A DNA stretch of 63,798 nucleotides from an uncultured virus (IMG/VR IMGVR_UViG_3300020460_001009) (taxonomy: Duplodnaviria > Heunggongvirae > Uroviricota > Caudoviricetes), in the IMG/VR virus record IMGVR_UViG_3300020460_001009; one strand, 5' to 3'. The position numbers and the translations under genes are program-made. This document shows positions 9,128-18,986 of the stretch, one piece after another. Every line of letters starts with the position of its first letter. Within the stretch, counting starts at the first letter, position 1. Under the pieces are notes generated by a model. It ran no database searches. It was not told where the DNA came from and saw only the letters and a list, made by a program, of their open reading frames with translations.

Positions 9128-9978
9128 AAAAACTTCCCACGCAAAGCATCTTTATATGAAGATTTGGGAATTCGTCTAAGCAACCGATCAAATTGTTGTA
9201 TGTCAATGAATCCCTTCTCCAAACAAATGCTCTCCATACAACCTATACACACCCCCTGCCTTCTTTGAATCGTTCTGATGTACGATGAGGTATCAAAGAA
9301 ACTCTCGGCGGTACCTGCGTCCAACCACGCACTTCCATTGGGCATTACCTTGACCTTTAACGTACCTCGTTTCAAATACTCGTTGTTGACGTCTGTAATT
9401 TCAAGTTCACCCCTTGCAGAAGGTTTCAGATTCTTGGAAATGTCAACCACGTCGTTATCGTAGAAGTACAGACCCGTTACCGCATAGTTGCTCTTGGGTT
9501 TCTTGGGTTTCTCCTCAATGCTCAATGCCATCTTGTTCTTGTCAAATTCAACCACACCATATCTTTCAGGGTCTTCCACCCGATAAGCAAAGACCGTTCC
9601 TCCGTCAATTGGTTCGTCCACCTTAAAGAACCGATTTGAAGCATGGAAGAAATTGTCACCGAGAATCAAGCACACGGGGTCATCTCCAATGAACTCATCC
9701 GCAAGAATGAATGCCTCTGCAATTCCGTTGGATTTCTCCTGATGGATGTATTCAAATGAACAACCATACTTTTTTCCGTTGCCGAAAAGTTTGCGGAAAA
9801 ACTTCAATCCGATGTCGTTAGAGATTATACATATTTCGTTGATACCGAATCTTAATAAACTCGACAACGAATAGTAAATCATTGGTTTATCGTAAAGCAT
9901 AAGCAATTGCTTGCTTGCTACACTCGTTGTTGGATACAAACGAGTACCACTTCCTCCTGCTAATATTATTCCTTTCAT
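9124..9978 (-). CDS. rmlA: Glucose-1-phosphate thymidylyltransferase
   Basis: MKGIILAGGSGTRLYP, SKQLL, LILGDN, EEKP, PSARGELEITD, WLDAGT; start refined to ATG 9978. Confidence 0.97.
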   Translation of the reverse strand: MKGIILAGGSGTRLYPTTSVASKQLLMLYDKPMIYYSLSSLLRFGINEICIISNDIGLKFFRKLFGNGKKYGCSFEYIHQEKSNGIAEAFILADEFIGDDPVCLILGDNFFHASNRFFKVDEPIDGGTVFAYRVEDPERYGVVEFDKNKMALSIEEKPKKPKSNYAVTGLYFYDNDVVDISKNLKPSARGELEITDVNNEYLKRGTLKVKVMPNGSAWLDAGTAESFFDTSSYIRTIQRRQGVCIGCMESICLEKGFIDIQQFDRLLRRIPKSSYKDALRGKFL

Positions 9979-10640
9979 TTTAAGTGATTGTATACTAAGT
10001 TTGTAAAATTTTTTCTTGCAAGTGAACTTCTCCAATCTTCTTTTTCACTTCCACGTTGCTCTACAATTATGCGTGAAGTCATATATGAATAATTATAAAG
10101 ATTTGCATATTTTCTACGTGAATAAACCCAATCTAAATAAATCCATAAGTTGCGTTCTATTGTATCAATAACTTCATCGTAATAATTCGGATTAACAGAA
10201 TACGCATGGGTGTGTTCAGTCGATACTTTTATTAGTGAATCGTCTACTTGGCCAAGGAAGTTTTTTACCTTTCCACCAAGAAAAAATAGTTTCCAATCCA
10301 CAGTTCTCAATGAATAAACTGACCTTGCGAGTAAATCAAGTGATTTTGGTAATCGTTCAATTACGAAATCCGTATTCTTCGTCACAAAATGAAAATCACT
10401 TTCAAGAATCAAAGGCATTTTGAATTTTTTTTCTTTACATATTTTAATTGCTGTATAATGAGCATATTCACAATTTTTGTAGTGTGGTTTATCATTTGGT
10501 GGTTCAACATCTACACGAATTACTTTATTCATACACCCAAGTTTTTCAAATTGTGGAACACATTGTTTTTGCCATCTATCTTCTTCATGCTTTGTACAAA
10601 TACATACAATACCATCAAACATCTTTAATTTATCTTTCAT
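9975..10640 (-). CDS. GT25 family glycosyltransferase
   Basis: IVCIC...DRW, CEYAH, LILESD, WKLFFLGG, THAYSVN. Confidence 0.75.
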   Translation of the reverse strand: MKDKLKMFDGIVCICTKHEEDRWQKQCVPQFEKLGCMNKVIRVDVEPPNDKPHYKNCEYAHYTAIKICKEKKFKMPLILESDFHFVTKNTDFVIERLPKSLDLLARSVYSLRTVDWKLFFLGGKVKNFLGQVDDSLIKVSTEHTHAYSVNPNYYDEVIDTIERNLWIYLDWVYSRRKYANLYNYSYMTSRIIVEQRGSEKEDWRSSLARKNFTNLVYNHLK

Positions 10641-11421
10641 ACTTTCTCCAATCTTCTAATGTATAATCTTTATACTCAAACGCATTATCATCGAGTATGC
10701 ACTCGGCAAGATTCTTTCCATGATAACAAACTCTGTGGCCATCTAAATCATTGCTATTATTATACCTCCATCTATCGTGATTTCTCACACCATTAATTGA
10801 ATGTTGTCCAGTTTTAAGTGAACATTGAAAATTAAATCCCAAAATTTTAGTGCGAGCAATTCTATGTCCATTTTTGTCTCTACCTGGTAATCTTTTATCT
10901 TTACAAGGAAACTGATCATAGATACTCATATCGTTATTAAGTTTATATGGAACGAGTGTGGGTTGTCCTGGATTTCCAGGTGGCAATTCAATATTACATC
11001 TTACTCTGTGTATAGTATTACCCTTAAAAAATACTTGTGGTCTTTTAACAATATCGCATATCCCACCTAGATAGTCCTTCGTTTTTGTGAGTTCACACGG
11101 ATATTCAAAAAGTTCGTCATCATCAACACACATAACCCAATTATCATCATCATTTCTAAAAATATTTGGAATTAACTCAAAATTGTATTTTTTTGTACGG
11201 TAGATGTCATCAAACTTTCCATGCCAAGGAACTATGTTTGTAATACCCTCTTTCAAAAACAATTCACGCATCAGTTGAAATCGTTCATCATCTTTATTAG
11301 AAGAATGAAGTAATATAAGTATTTCATCTGCTCCCATGTTTTTATAGTGAGTTGTCCAATGGGTAACCAACTCTGGTTTATATACCCCCCAATTGGATAG
11401 AATATTTAATTTAGTTTTCAT
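10630..11421 (-). CDS. GT-A fold glycosyltransferase (GT2_4/GT92-like)
   Basis: HWTTHYKNMG, WVMCVDDDELF, GQH. Confidence 0.6.
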   Translation of the reverse strand: MKTKLNILSNWGVYKPELVTHWTTHYKNMGADEILILLHSSNKDDERFQLMRELFLKEGITNIVPWHGKFDDIYRTKKYNFELIPNIFRNDDDNWVMCVDDDELFEYPCELTKTKDYLGGICDIVKRPQVFFKGNTIHRVRCNIELPPGNPGQPTLVPYKLNNDMSIYDQFPCKDKRLPGRDKNGHRIARTKILGFNFQCSLKTGQHSINGVRNHDRWRYNNSNDLDGHRVCYHGKNLAECILDDNAFEYKDYTLEDWRKYER

Positions 11422-11424
11422 CGT

Positions 11425-12237
11425 TTAGATTCTCCAAATGCTTTTCAAGGTTGTTATATCATTGGTGACAAGACTTTTCTTTCGTACACTCTGAACAATA
11501 GCAAACAAAGCATCAGATTCAAATATTTCTTTAATATCCAGTTGTTCTTTGTTGTGTTGTGATACAAATGATTGTTCGTTATACAACACACCTTCTGTAT
11601 ATAGATCATTTGATTCATATTTGTGACTTAAATAAATCCAATATAATGTATATTCTGTAAATTTGTTGTGTGACAGAATTTTATTCCAAGATGTATCATA
11701 CTCCGTTTCTAAATAATCAAGCATTTCCAAGACAATATTTGTATTGATTATTTGAGGTGTTACTCCCATCATAGGTGACACTTTTGATTTCTTTAACAAC
11801 CAAGAACTTTCACGTACCCATCTTCCCATATATCCATAATAAGACTTGAAAGTAATTAAATTCTTACCGTTTGGTATAAGAACATCTTCTGTGATATTTT
11901 TGATTGCAAAGCAATCTGCATCCATCAACAAATATTTTTCAGTTATAACGAACTTTGCTATACCTAATTTAAGAATTTGCTGATAATGCCACCCTCTGCG
12001 TCTCCATCTCACATTAACCGGTTCATTGCTTATTTCGTTTTCATCAATGCATCTTATTTTTAGATGTGGAAATTTGACTTGGAGATCTTCACATTTTAAT
12101 TTTGCTGACGGCATATAAATTAGTATAAGTTCATGTAAAAAGTTCTTGTCAAAAAATACATTAATAGATGGTAATAAAACACACTCAAGACGATATACAT
12201 CTTTTTCCGAAACAGGTATTGCAATTGTTATTTTCAT
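11425..12237 (-). CDS. DUF6492 family putative glycosyltransferase
   Basis: GWHYQQILKL, YLLMDAD, GVTP, FTEYTLY. Confidence 0.7.
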   Translation of the reverse strand: MKITIAIPVSEKDVYRLECVLLPSINVFFDKNFLHELILIYMPSAKLKCEDLQVKFPHLKIRCIDENEISNEPVNVRWRRRGWHYQQILKLGIAKFVITEKYLLMDADCFAIKNITEDVLIPNGKNLITFKSYYGYMGRWVRESSWLLKKSKVSPMMGVTPQIINTNIVLEMLDYLETEYDTSWNKILSHNKFTEYTLYWIYLSHKYESNDLYTEGVLYNEQSFVSQHNKEQLDIKEIFESDALFAIVQSVRKKSLVTNDITTLKSIWRI

Positions 12238-12258
12238 TTAAATTTCTCTCAGCAATAG

Positions 12259-12551
12259 TTATACTTGTTTTAATCTCCAAGCAAAAGAACTATCTTTGTC
12301 TACTTCTACTAATTGTTTTACATTTAGTTTGTAATTCATAACTTCTCCTTAACCAAATCCATGCAATTTTCAAACGGATTTTCAACTATATCTCCGATAA
12401 AATTGACATTATTACCTATGTCAATATTTTCATTAACGACTGGAATATAATCGTGTTGCTCTGCATAAAGAATGCCATTTAAAGCAAACTTTATGTATGC
12501 GGTGAATCCTGCGTTTTCGTCACCAGATTTGATTATGAAGTGTTTATTCAT
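12259..12551 (-). pseudogene. Two short deletion remnants: a 71-aa ORF (12336-12551) starting like a NodZ-type fucosyltransferase and a 26-aa ORF (12259-12339)
   Basis: MNKHFIIKSGDENAGF...ALNGILYAEQHDYIPVV resembles the N-terminus of 23818..24819; both ORFs keep ATGA overlaps but are far too short for enzymes. Confidence 0.55.
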
Positions 12552-13129
12552 TCTTTTACCCAATACCAAGTATCATTATCACATAACTCATAAGTAGGTA
12601 TTAATTCTTTTACTGCTTGCTTAGTACCCTTGAATTGATTAAAGTCATCACCTGCGATTAAACCACCTATTTTTACTTTATCAATCCACGCATTTATATC
12701 AGTTTTCACTCCTTCGTATGTATGGTCACCATCAATGTAAATTGCGTCAATGGAATGATCCTCAAAACTCGGTGCAACATATTGCGATTTGCTTCTAATC
12801 AATTCAAATTTTTCATCATTACAATAGTTTTTAACCCACACGTGTAGATATTCAAATTCTTCCTGTTTTTTTCGTGAGAATAAATCTTTTCTATCGTACC
12901 CACTCAAGTGTGGGTCTACTCCGTATATTTTATTAATGTTATCACCAAAATTATCAAGTAGGTGTCTGATGTGACCTCCTCTCGCAACACCAACTTCAAC
13001 AAGTGTTAAATTAGTTTTAAATTTACACTCAGTTTCTATTAACTTTTGAAAATGACCGTACGACCACGTTGTAGTCTTATTCTGATGTTCAAACGAGTCA
13101 GACCATGTTTTGTATTTATTTTTTTTCAT
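12548..13129 (-). CDS. Class I SAM-dependent methyltransferase (Methyltransf_24-like)
   Basis: VEVGVARG, YGVDP, IYIDGDHTYEGV, GGLIAGDD. Confidence 0.9.
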   Translation of the reverse strand: MKKNKYKTWSDSFEHQNKTTTWSYGHFQKLIETECKFKTNLTLVEVGVARGGHIRHLLDNFGDNINKIYGVDPHLSGYDRKDLFSRKKQEEFEYLHVWVKNYCNDEKFELIRSKSQYVAPSFEDHSIDAIYIDGDHTYEGVKTDINAWIDKVKIGGLIAGDDFNQFKGTKQAVKELIPTYELCDNDTWYWVKE

Positions 13130-13800
13130 TTAAATTTCTCCATCCAATAAGTTGCACATTCCTCTAAATGAGGTGATTTTTTTTGCCAATAAGATTTCGT
13201 CATTACTGCAAAATCAAACTCCGTTTCCATAAATTCATCGTATTTATTATTTAAATACTCAATTGAAAGTTCTTTATAGTTACTTGTCCACAATACAGGT
13301 AAATTATCATACTTTTCCATAAAAGAGTTTGTTCCCCAACGTTCGTTTGAATATTCTTCATTCGGTTTATTTACAATCGGAATTCCTTTTGCAAGAATAG
13401 TTTCATAATGACGATGACAATCTATTCCGTTTCCCTCTGGTGATATACAAAACTTATGTTTTAATAAACTTTCAAAGAAAGTATTAAAATCAACCACTTT
13501 ATGGCGGTTGATTGTCCAACCATCACGTGTAATAAAATTATGACGATTTATGTGTTTTAGTAATTTCTTTCTTCGTCTTGTTCCACCACCTGCAAATTTT
13601 CGAACATTTTGATAGCACAATAATTCATTTATGTTTTTATGTGATTTTATTAAGTTAGTATCAAATTTCTTTAAACTTTGTGGTGCAATGCCAATGGGAT
13701 GTTTGACCGGTAAATCTCCACCACATACTGAACTTCCACCTGCTATGATTTCATCAAATGGAAATTCGTAATTTAACCACTCTTTAAATTTCATTTTCAT
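13126..13800 (-). CDS. Exostosin (GT47)-like glycosyltransferase
   Basis: KFCISPEGNGIDCHRHYETI...GIPIV; start refined to ATG 13800. Confidence 0.75.
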   Translation of the reverse strand: MKMKFKEWLNYEFPFDEIIAGGSSVCGGDLPVKHPIGIAPQSLKKFDTNLIKSHKNINELLCYQNVRKFAGGGTRRRKKLLKHINRHNFITRDGWTINRHKVVDFNTFFESLLKHKFCISPEGNGIDCHRHYETILAKGIPIVNKPNEEYSNERWGTNSFMEKYDNLPVLWTSNYKELSIEYLNNKYDEFMETEFDFAVMTKSYWQKKSPHLEECATYWMEKFK

Positions 13801-14537
13801 AAAAACCACCCACCAGTTCTGCTCATTATTTTTAATTTCTGCTTTGGTCTGCACCAATTATAGTGAACCATATATGGATTTATTTCACTTCTATATTTTT
13901 GAAAGTACCGGCCGTTTGGAAATAACTTTACATCCATGTAATCGTGCCTAAGTTTGTTTTTATTTTCACGCACATAATCTTGATCTCCAACATTTTCAAT
14001 CCACTTTTTATCACATATAACCACAGATGGATCAAAAAAGTTTTTAACTTCAGATGTGTTCTTCATGTACATCAAACCAGAACAAGGTTCATTTTCACCA
14101 GCTCCGTTTGTTTCAGATTGAAATAAAATTTCATTGTCTTTTATATTATCAATTAAATATTCCAAAAACCCCACACCAAGAAAGACCACATCACTGTCAA
14201 CAAACAAAACATTTGAACTTTTCAATGCATCATGAATCGCAACAAACTTTAAAAAAACCACATTCTTGAAGTTTGTATTGGTCATTGAGTCACTGCGTGG
14301 GTATTTACATAATCCCGAAACATTCTTATTATATTCACTATCGATCATCTCTATGTTCTGATAGTCTTTCCTCAGTTCATCATAGCACTCTTTGTCCGCA
14401 CAATAAACCTTCAACAAATCACGAATCTCCAGTTTCTCAAGTGATTTAATGCAATTTCTTGTAAAATGCAAATATCCACGATTGGCAAGAGTTATTATCT
14501 TTACATTTTCTTTGTCTAATATTTCAGATAAAATCAC
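13797..14537 (-). CDS. Nucleotide-diphospho-sugar transferase (GT77-like)
   Basis: LFVDSDVVF, CSGLMY, GDQ, LFPNG, VHYNW; GTG start chosen 7 nt after a GGGAG SD. Confidence 0.8.
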   Translation of the reverse strand: MILSEILDKENVKIITLANRGYLHFTRNCIKSLEKLEIRDLLKVYCADKECYDELRKDYQNIEMIDSEYNKNVSGLCKYPRSDSMTNTNFKNVVFLKFVAIHDALKSSNVLFVDSDVVFLGVGFLEYLIDNIKDNEILFQSETNGAGENEPCSGLMYMKNTSEVKNFFDPSVVICDKKWIENVGDQDYVRENKNKLRHDYMDVKLFPNGRYFQKYRSEINPYMVHYNWCRPKQKLKIMSRTGGWFL

Positions 14538-15315
14538 CACCAGTCTCCCAATAAGTTTTCGGTTCATGCCAAAAGCGACTATAAATTACACGATTTTCAG
14601 AAAATAATCCTGCGATATATGGAAACGAACTTTTACTTGTTATTAATATGTCAGACATCAAAAGATGATGAAAATCAAAAAACGGACATCCGTCTATCAT
14701 TAACTCAACATTCAAATCTAAATTTTTATACTTCTCAAAAAGATCATCTTGCTTTTTCATTCTAAAACCACGTTTGGCAGTTTTATTTTGAGAAAATACA
14801 TAAAATTTAAATGGTTTATCAGTTTTTTCCGTATTCAGTTTTTCCATTATTTTTATATAATACTCATCAGGTAAACCACGTTTTCTACTTCTCCACTTTC
14901 TTCCTACAATATCTCCTCTTCGGACATGAACTGCAACATTAATAAAGTTCTCATCATACACCAAATTTGGTTTTTCCGTCATAAAATATTTTTTGCGAAA
15001 TTCATCACGAACCTTGTCATATAAATCTGGTGTATTTTCTTTATCAAAAAATTCATGCATATTTTTTCTTGTGTCGGTGTCCACGGATTTGACATCATCC
15101 AATGACAATTCATTATGCCCCAAATTAAAAAATTGTTCCCACGTATCCTCAAACGATTCATCTTTTTCGTAATTATGCTCCAGTTTAAAAAAAGGAGTAT
15201 GAACATATTGAATATTATTTAATTTACAATATGCCCAAACTGATACACGTCTTCCGATTTGAGATCCTGTGCCGTCACAACTATATACATCTTGGAATAC
15301 TGTTAAATATTTCAT
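14524..15315 (-). CDS. Fucosyltransferase-like GT-B protein (GT11-like)
   Basis: DGTGSQ, VAVHVRRGD, SDILITSKSSFPYIAG. Confidence 0.7.
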   Translation of the reverse strand: MKYLTVFQDVYSCDGTGSQIGRRVSVWAYCKLNNIQYVHTPFFKLEHNYEKDESFEDTWEQFFNLGHNELSLDDVKSVDTDTRKNMHEFFDKENTPDLYDKVRDEFRKKYFMTEKPNLVYDENFINVAVHVRRGDIVGRKWRSRKRGLPDEYYIKIMEKLNTEKTDKPFKFYVFSQNKTAKRGFRMKKQDDLFEKYKNLDLNVELMIDGCPFFDFHHLLMSDILITSKSSFPYIAGLFSENRVIYSRFWHEPKTYWETGGDFI

Positions 15316-16589
15316 ACCACAATCTCCTTAAGTTGTTTTTTAAATCTATCAATATCCACATACAAATTCCAATCTCTCCACTCGGTAATTCTTCTATTAC
15401 GAGATTCAACATGATATTGTTCTGATTTTTCTTTTTCACATAAAAACCGAGTTACGTGAAATTTATCTTTAACCAACTTTTCGTTCCAAATCATTCCTTC
15501 GTGGTGATTTTTTCCTTTTAATAAAGGCCAATGTTCAATGGAAAATTCACAATACGCACTTTTAGGTGGCATCCAAAAACAGTTTGCCAATCCTGCACCG
15601 TGTACTCCGATTATTGTGGTGGCATCTTTAAATAAATCAATTTGCTCATCAACTGAAATTGTTGCAGTATCTATGTTTACGAAATCCATATTATTTTGTT
15701 CACAATACTCACGCAATGTTTTTTTTACCTCAGAGTGATTGAGCAAAATTCGTGTTTGTCTTTCTACCAAGACAACTTTTGATTTTTTTGGTAGTTTGAA
15801 GTTTTTAGGATAAAGAATATTTCCGTGCTCATAATGCCACAACAACCAATGAGCAAAGTTTTTTACATACCAAGGTGGACTACCTGCCTTCATCCATTTT
15901 TCTCTTCGTCTATCTCTAAACACAGGTTTGTATAATTCAAACGCACCACCTCTATCGTTTTCTTTGCCATAAACCAATGGAACGTCAAACTCTGTGTTTT
16001 TCCAGTGACTTATATCTAAATCCAATTCAGGAAAAAAGTCTAATATTTTTTGTGGTTCATCCTTGCTTATATCATATATTAATAAATCATGTGGACGATC
16101 TTTAAAATAATTTTTAACATTATGCACATGTTCTTGATAGGTTTTACGCCAAATATCAAACATTCGTGGTTGACCTACATCTTTGCAAAACCAATCCAAC
16201 GCATAATGCCACATAGATTTTTTTGAAAATTTAAATTTATTGTGCCTAAATCTACTACGTAACCAATCCTCAATTGGTCTTATATTTAAAATAAATTTAC
16301 TATTCGGATACTGCAAATCCAATGTTTTAAAATAACGGTTTGATTCCATATCAAACTGGGCAATTCTGCCCTCTGCTTTATACTCAATACTATGCATCAT
16401 GTCAGAATAAAAAGTAAAATCTTCATAACCACTCAAAAGGTTATTTCCGTGAGAATGATTTTCTTCCATCCTCTTTGACAACATACCTCCATCCCAATGT
16501 ACAGACGGAACTTCGTTCATGTGAAAAAACCATGCAAACGACCGTGTTGCACACTTGTTGAATCCTATTTGAAAAATTTTATTCGTCAT
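15312..16589 (-). CDS. Sulfotransferase + GT61 fusion
   Basis: N-term IFQIGFNKCATRS...FILNIRPIEDWLRSR; C-term EQIDLF...IGVHGAGLAN; start refined to ATG 16589. Confidence 0.8.
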   Translation of the reverse strand: MTNKIFQIGFNKCATRSFAWFFHMNEVPSVHWDGGMLSKRMEENHSHGNNLLSGYEDFTFYSDMMHSIEYKAEGRIAQFDMESNRYFKTLDLQYPNSKFILNIRPIEDWLRSRFRHNKFKFSKKSMWHYALDWFCKDVGQPRMFDIWRKTYQEHVHNVKNYFKDRPHDLLIYDISKDEPQKILDFFPELDLDISHWKNTEFDVPLVYGKENDRGGAFELYKPVFRDRRREKWMKAGSPPWYVKNFAHWLLWHYEHGNILYPKNFKLPKKSKVVLVERQTRILLNHSEVKKTLREYCEQNNMDFVNIDTATISVDEQIDLFKDATTIIGVHGAGLANCFWMPPKSAYCEFSIEHWPLLKGKNHHEGMIWNEKLVKDKFHVTRFLCEKEKSEQYHVESRNRRITEWRDWNLYVDIDRFKKQLKEIVV

Positions 16590-17445
16590 TACTTTGCTCC
16601 AAATTTTCATAATTAAACCAAATATCATTCCAATCACATACAGAATCGAAATCAAGATTACCATCTACCCATTGTTTTGTTTGTCCGAAGTGAAAAAATC
16701 CAATTTCTTTTTTTCTATGAAATAGTTTTCCATTTTTCCAATTTATTTTCCAATTCCTTTTTACACCCGAATTTTCTCCGTGACCTCTGTTTTTCGCATC
16801 ATCATTACCAACGGAAGTTCTTAAAAAATTAACTCCCTCGTCTTGCATTACATGACCAATGCTATGTACATCCTCCTTCCAATCTTCGTCAAACTGAAAA
16901 TGTCGTTCCTCCGTAAGTACTTTCTGTATGTCACGACTCTTCATAAAAAGTTTATTCATTTTCTCACAATTTTTAATTAATGTACATGGTCCATACGGAA
17001 GTGCGTCTGGGTGGTCTGCAAAGGCAATGCACTCATATCCGTTATCGGAAATTGATTCAACGTAATTAAACAAATCCCCAAATATCATATCGATGTCACA
17101 CCAACCCCAATAGTCATAATTCTTTAGATAATCCTCAAACAAGAAACCGTACATGGGTCTATAATCACACAACTTGTAAAATCCCTTTACCTTACCTTTA
17201 CGACCCTTGTAGCACATTAATTTGACTTCGTGGCCGAACTTATCCGCACATACTTTTTGAAAGTCATTGGAATTTTGTAAATGAAATTTAACGTTTGCTG
17301 GTGCATCTTTCTTGTATTCTCTGTCAACAAAAAACAACCAATCAATTCCAATGTTATGTCCACATGACTTTAAAAACAATGGAAACCATGTTGGAAACTC
17401 CCCATAATACTGAACTATAAAACAAAATTTCACTCCATCACCCAT
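16579..17445 (-). CDS. DUF6625 family putative glycosyltransferase
   Basis: YYGEFPTWF..FLKSC, YKLCDYRPMYG, YWGWCDIDMIFG, FDE, HF. Confidence 0.8.
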   Translation of the reverse strand: MGDGVKFCFIVQYYGEFPTWFPLFLKSCGHNIGIDWLFFVDREYKKDAPANVKFHLQNSNDFQKVCADKFGHEVKLMCYKGRKGKVKGFYKLCDYRPMYGFLFEDYLKNYDYWGWCDIDMIFGDLFNYVESISDNGYECIAFADHPDALPYGPCTLIKNCEKMNKLFMKSRDIQKVLTEERHFQFDEDWKEDVHSIGHVMQDEGVNFLRTSVGNDDAKNRGHGENSGVKRNWKINWKNGKLFHRKKEIGFFHFGQTKQWVDGNLDFDSVCDWNDIWFNYENLEQSNDE

Positions 17446-17449
17446 GTAA

Positions 17450-17458
17450 TATAAATAT
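17450..17458 (-). promoter_or_regulatory. ATATTTATA motif (putative late promoter)
   Basis: 4 nt upstream of ATG 17445; 18-nt context identical to 44207-44224. Confidence 0.65.
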
Positions 17459-17495
17459 TGTATACACCTGTTTATATTATATTCAATCTATCTAC

Positions 17496-18182
17496 CTACC
17501 GTGGCAGTTCATCCCGTAACCCGTTGTACAAAAAAATATTTTTTAATTGAAAATTGCATTTATTATCTTTTTTATATTTCTCATTAATAATATTAAATTT
17601 ATCGACTGCACGTTTATATGGTACATCTGCTTTATACCAATGATATACATACACACCATTCATAATACAAAATGGAATATTTTGCTTAAACAAACGGACC
17701 CTAAGATCATTATCTATATTATTAAATCCATCTCGTTTAAATCCATTTATTTTTTTCCATGTACGTTTCTGAATTAAAATTAAAACCCCACTGAAACCAC
17801 GTGATACCAAGTCTCCTTCCACCAAACCTCTTTTTATTTTATTCCCACCTATTTCAAGTAAATCATCATACCACTCGTTCTGTATATGATTTCCAATTTC
17901 ACGATGATATGCAATATCGTGATTATACACATCAATATTACCAACAAGTTGATAAGTACAATTAATTCTATTTGTTCTTGCACCAAACGCACCTATATTT
18001 GGATTTCTATCTATTATATCAGATAACTGAGAATACCAATTGGATGTTGTGAACATCGCATCGTGGTCAAGAAAACAAGCCCAATCATCATCAGTTGGAA
18101 GCATTTTCATAAATTGATTGTATGCGTATCCTAAATTCTTTCCATGCTCATCTGGAGTATAAGGTATGTGGGTATAAATCAT
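17496..18182 (-). CDS. GT-A fold glycosyltransferase (GT2-like)
   Basis: NLGYAYN, WACFLDHDAMF, SGVLILI...INGF, IDND, YVYHWY. Confidence 0.7.
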   Translation of the reverse strand: MIYTHIPYTPDEHGKNLGYAYNQFMKMLPTDDDWACFLDHDAMFTTSNWYSQLSDIIDRNPNIGAFGARTNRINCTYQLVGNIDVYNHDIAYHREIGNHIQNEWYDDLLEIGGNKIKRGLVEGDLVSRGFSGVLILIQKRTWKKINGFKRDGFNNIDNDLRVRLFKQNIPFCIMNGVYVYHWYKADVPYKRAVDKFNIINEKYKKDNKCNFQLKNIFLYNGLRDELPR

Positions 18183-18184
18183 AT

Positions 18185-18943
18185 CTATCTATTTTCTCGA
18201 ATTTTTATGTCCAAGTCATCATTATCATATTTTCCATACTTTGGGTGACCGGGACCAAACCAACCACGCACACCATTTGGATGCCAATCGTATGGACGTT
18301 TGTAAACAAACGACTCGTATACCTTGCGTTCATCTGGTTTTCTTCTTGAATGTGGAATTTCCTCTGAAATTTGTATCATATTATCCACAATATATTTAAT
18401 TTTTTCATCTGTGTCATAAAGTCTACACAATGTCATGTGGTCACGATAAAATGGACGTCGTGATGGTTTCGGACCTACACTGCTAATAAACTTTTTATAT
18501 TCCTCTAACCAAGCATCTATTAAATAATTATGAGGTTCTTTTGCGACAAGAAACCAGTTTTCAATTTCACGGATTCCGTCTTTATCTTCTTTTCGTGGAA
18601 AAAATCTATAAGAAAAGAATTGAGTTTCATTTACAATTTTATCATAAAATTCAGATACAGGTATCATTGGATATAGTGAAGCATCAACCCACATACCTCC
18701 GTATTTTGATAGCAACATTTTTCTTAATAAATTGGCACGAACATTTGGTGGATGTAATTTTCCGTTTTTACTTTTTACATCAAAAAACTCAGGAACATAA
18801 TCAGAAATAGTATCTTCCGATAATACCTTTACTTCCCAATCAGGATTTAAAGTCTTCCACAATTTAATACACTCCTGATTTAGCAGAGGCATATTTTTGT
18901 CAGTTTCTCCCTGAAACCAACACATCCATATTATTTTATTCAT
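18185..18943 (-). CDS. Capsular polysaccharide synthesis protein (Caps_synth/GT32)
   Basis: IIWMCWFQG, ANLLR..LL..YGGMWVDAS, NWFL. Confidence 0.85.
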   Translation of the reverse strand: MNKIIWMCWFQGETDKNMPLLNQECIKLWKTLNPDWEVKVLSEDTISDYVPEFFDVKSKNGKLHPPNVRANLLRKMLLSKYGGMWVDASLYPMIPVSEFYDKIVNETQFFSYRFFPRKEDKDGIREIENWFLVAKEPHNYLIDAWLEEYKKFISSVGPKPSRRPFYRDHMTLCRLYDTDEKIKYIVDNMIQISEEIPHSRRKPDERKVYESFVYKRPYDWHPNGVRGWFGPGHPKYGKYDNDDLDIKIRENR

Positions 18944-18986
18944 TTGCTATTCTCCTAACGTATAATTAAAAGTTCGTGATTTATCA

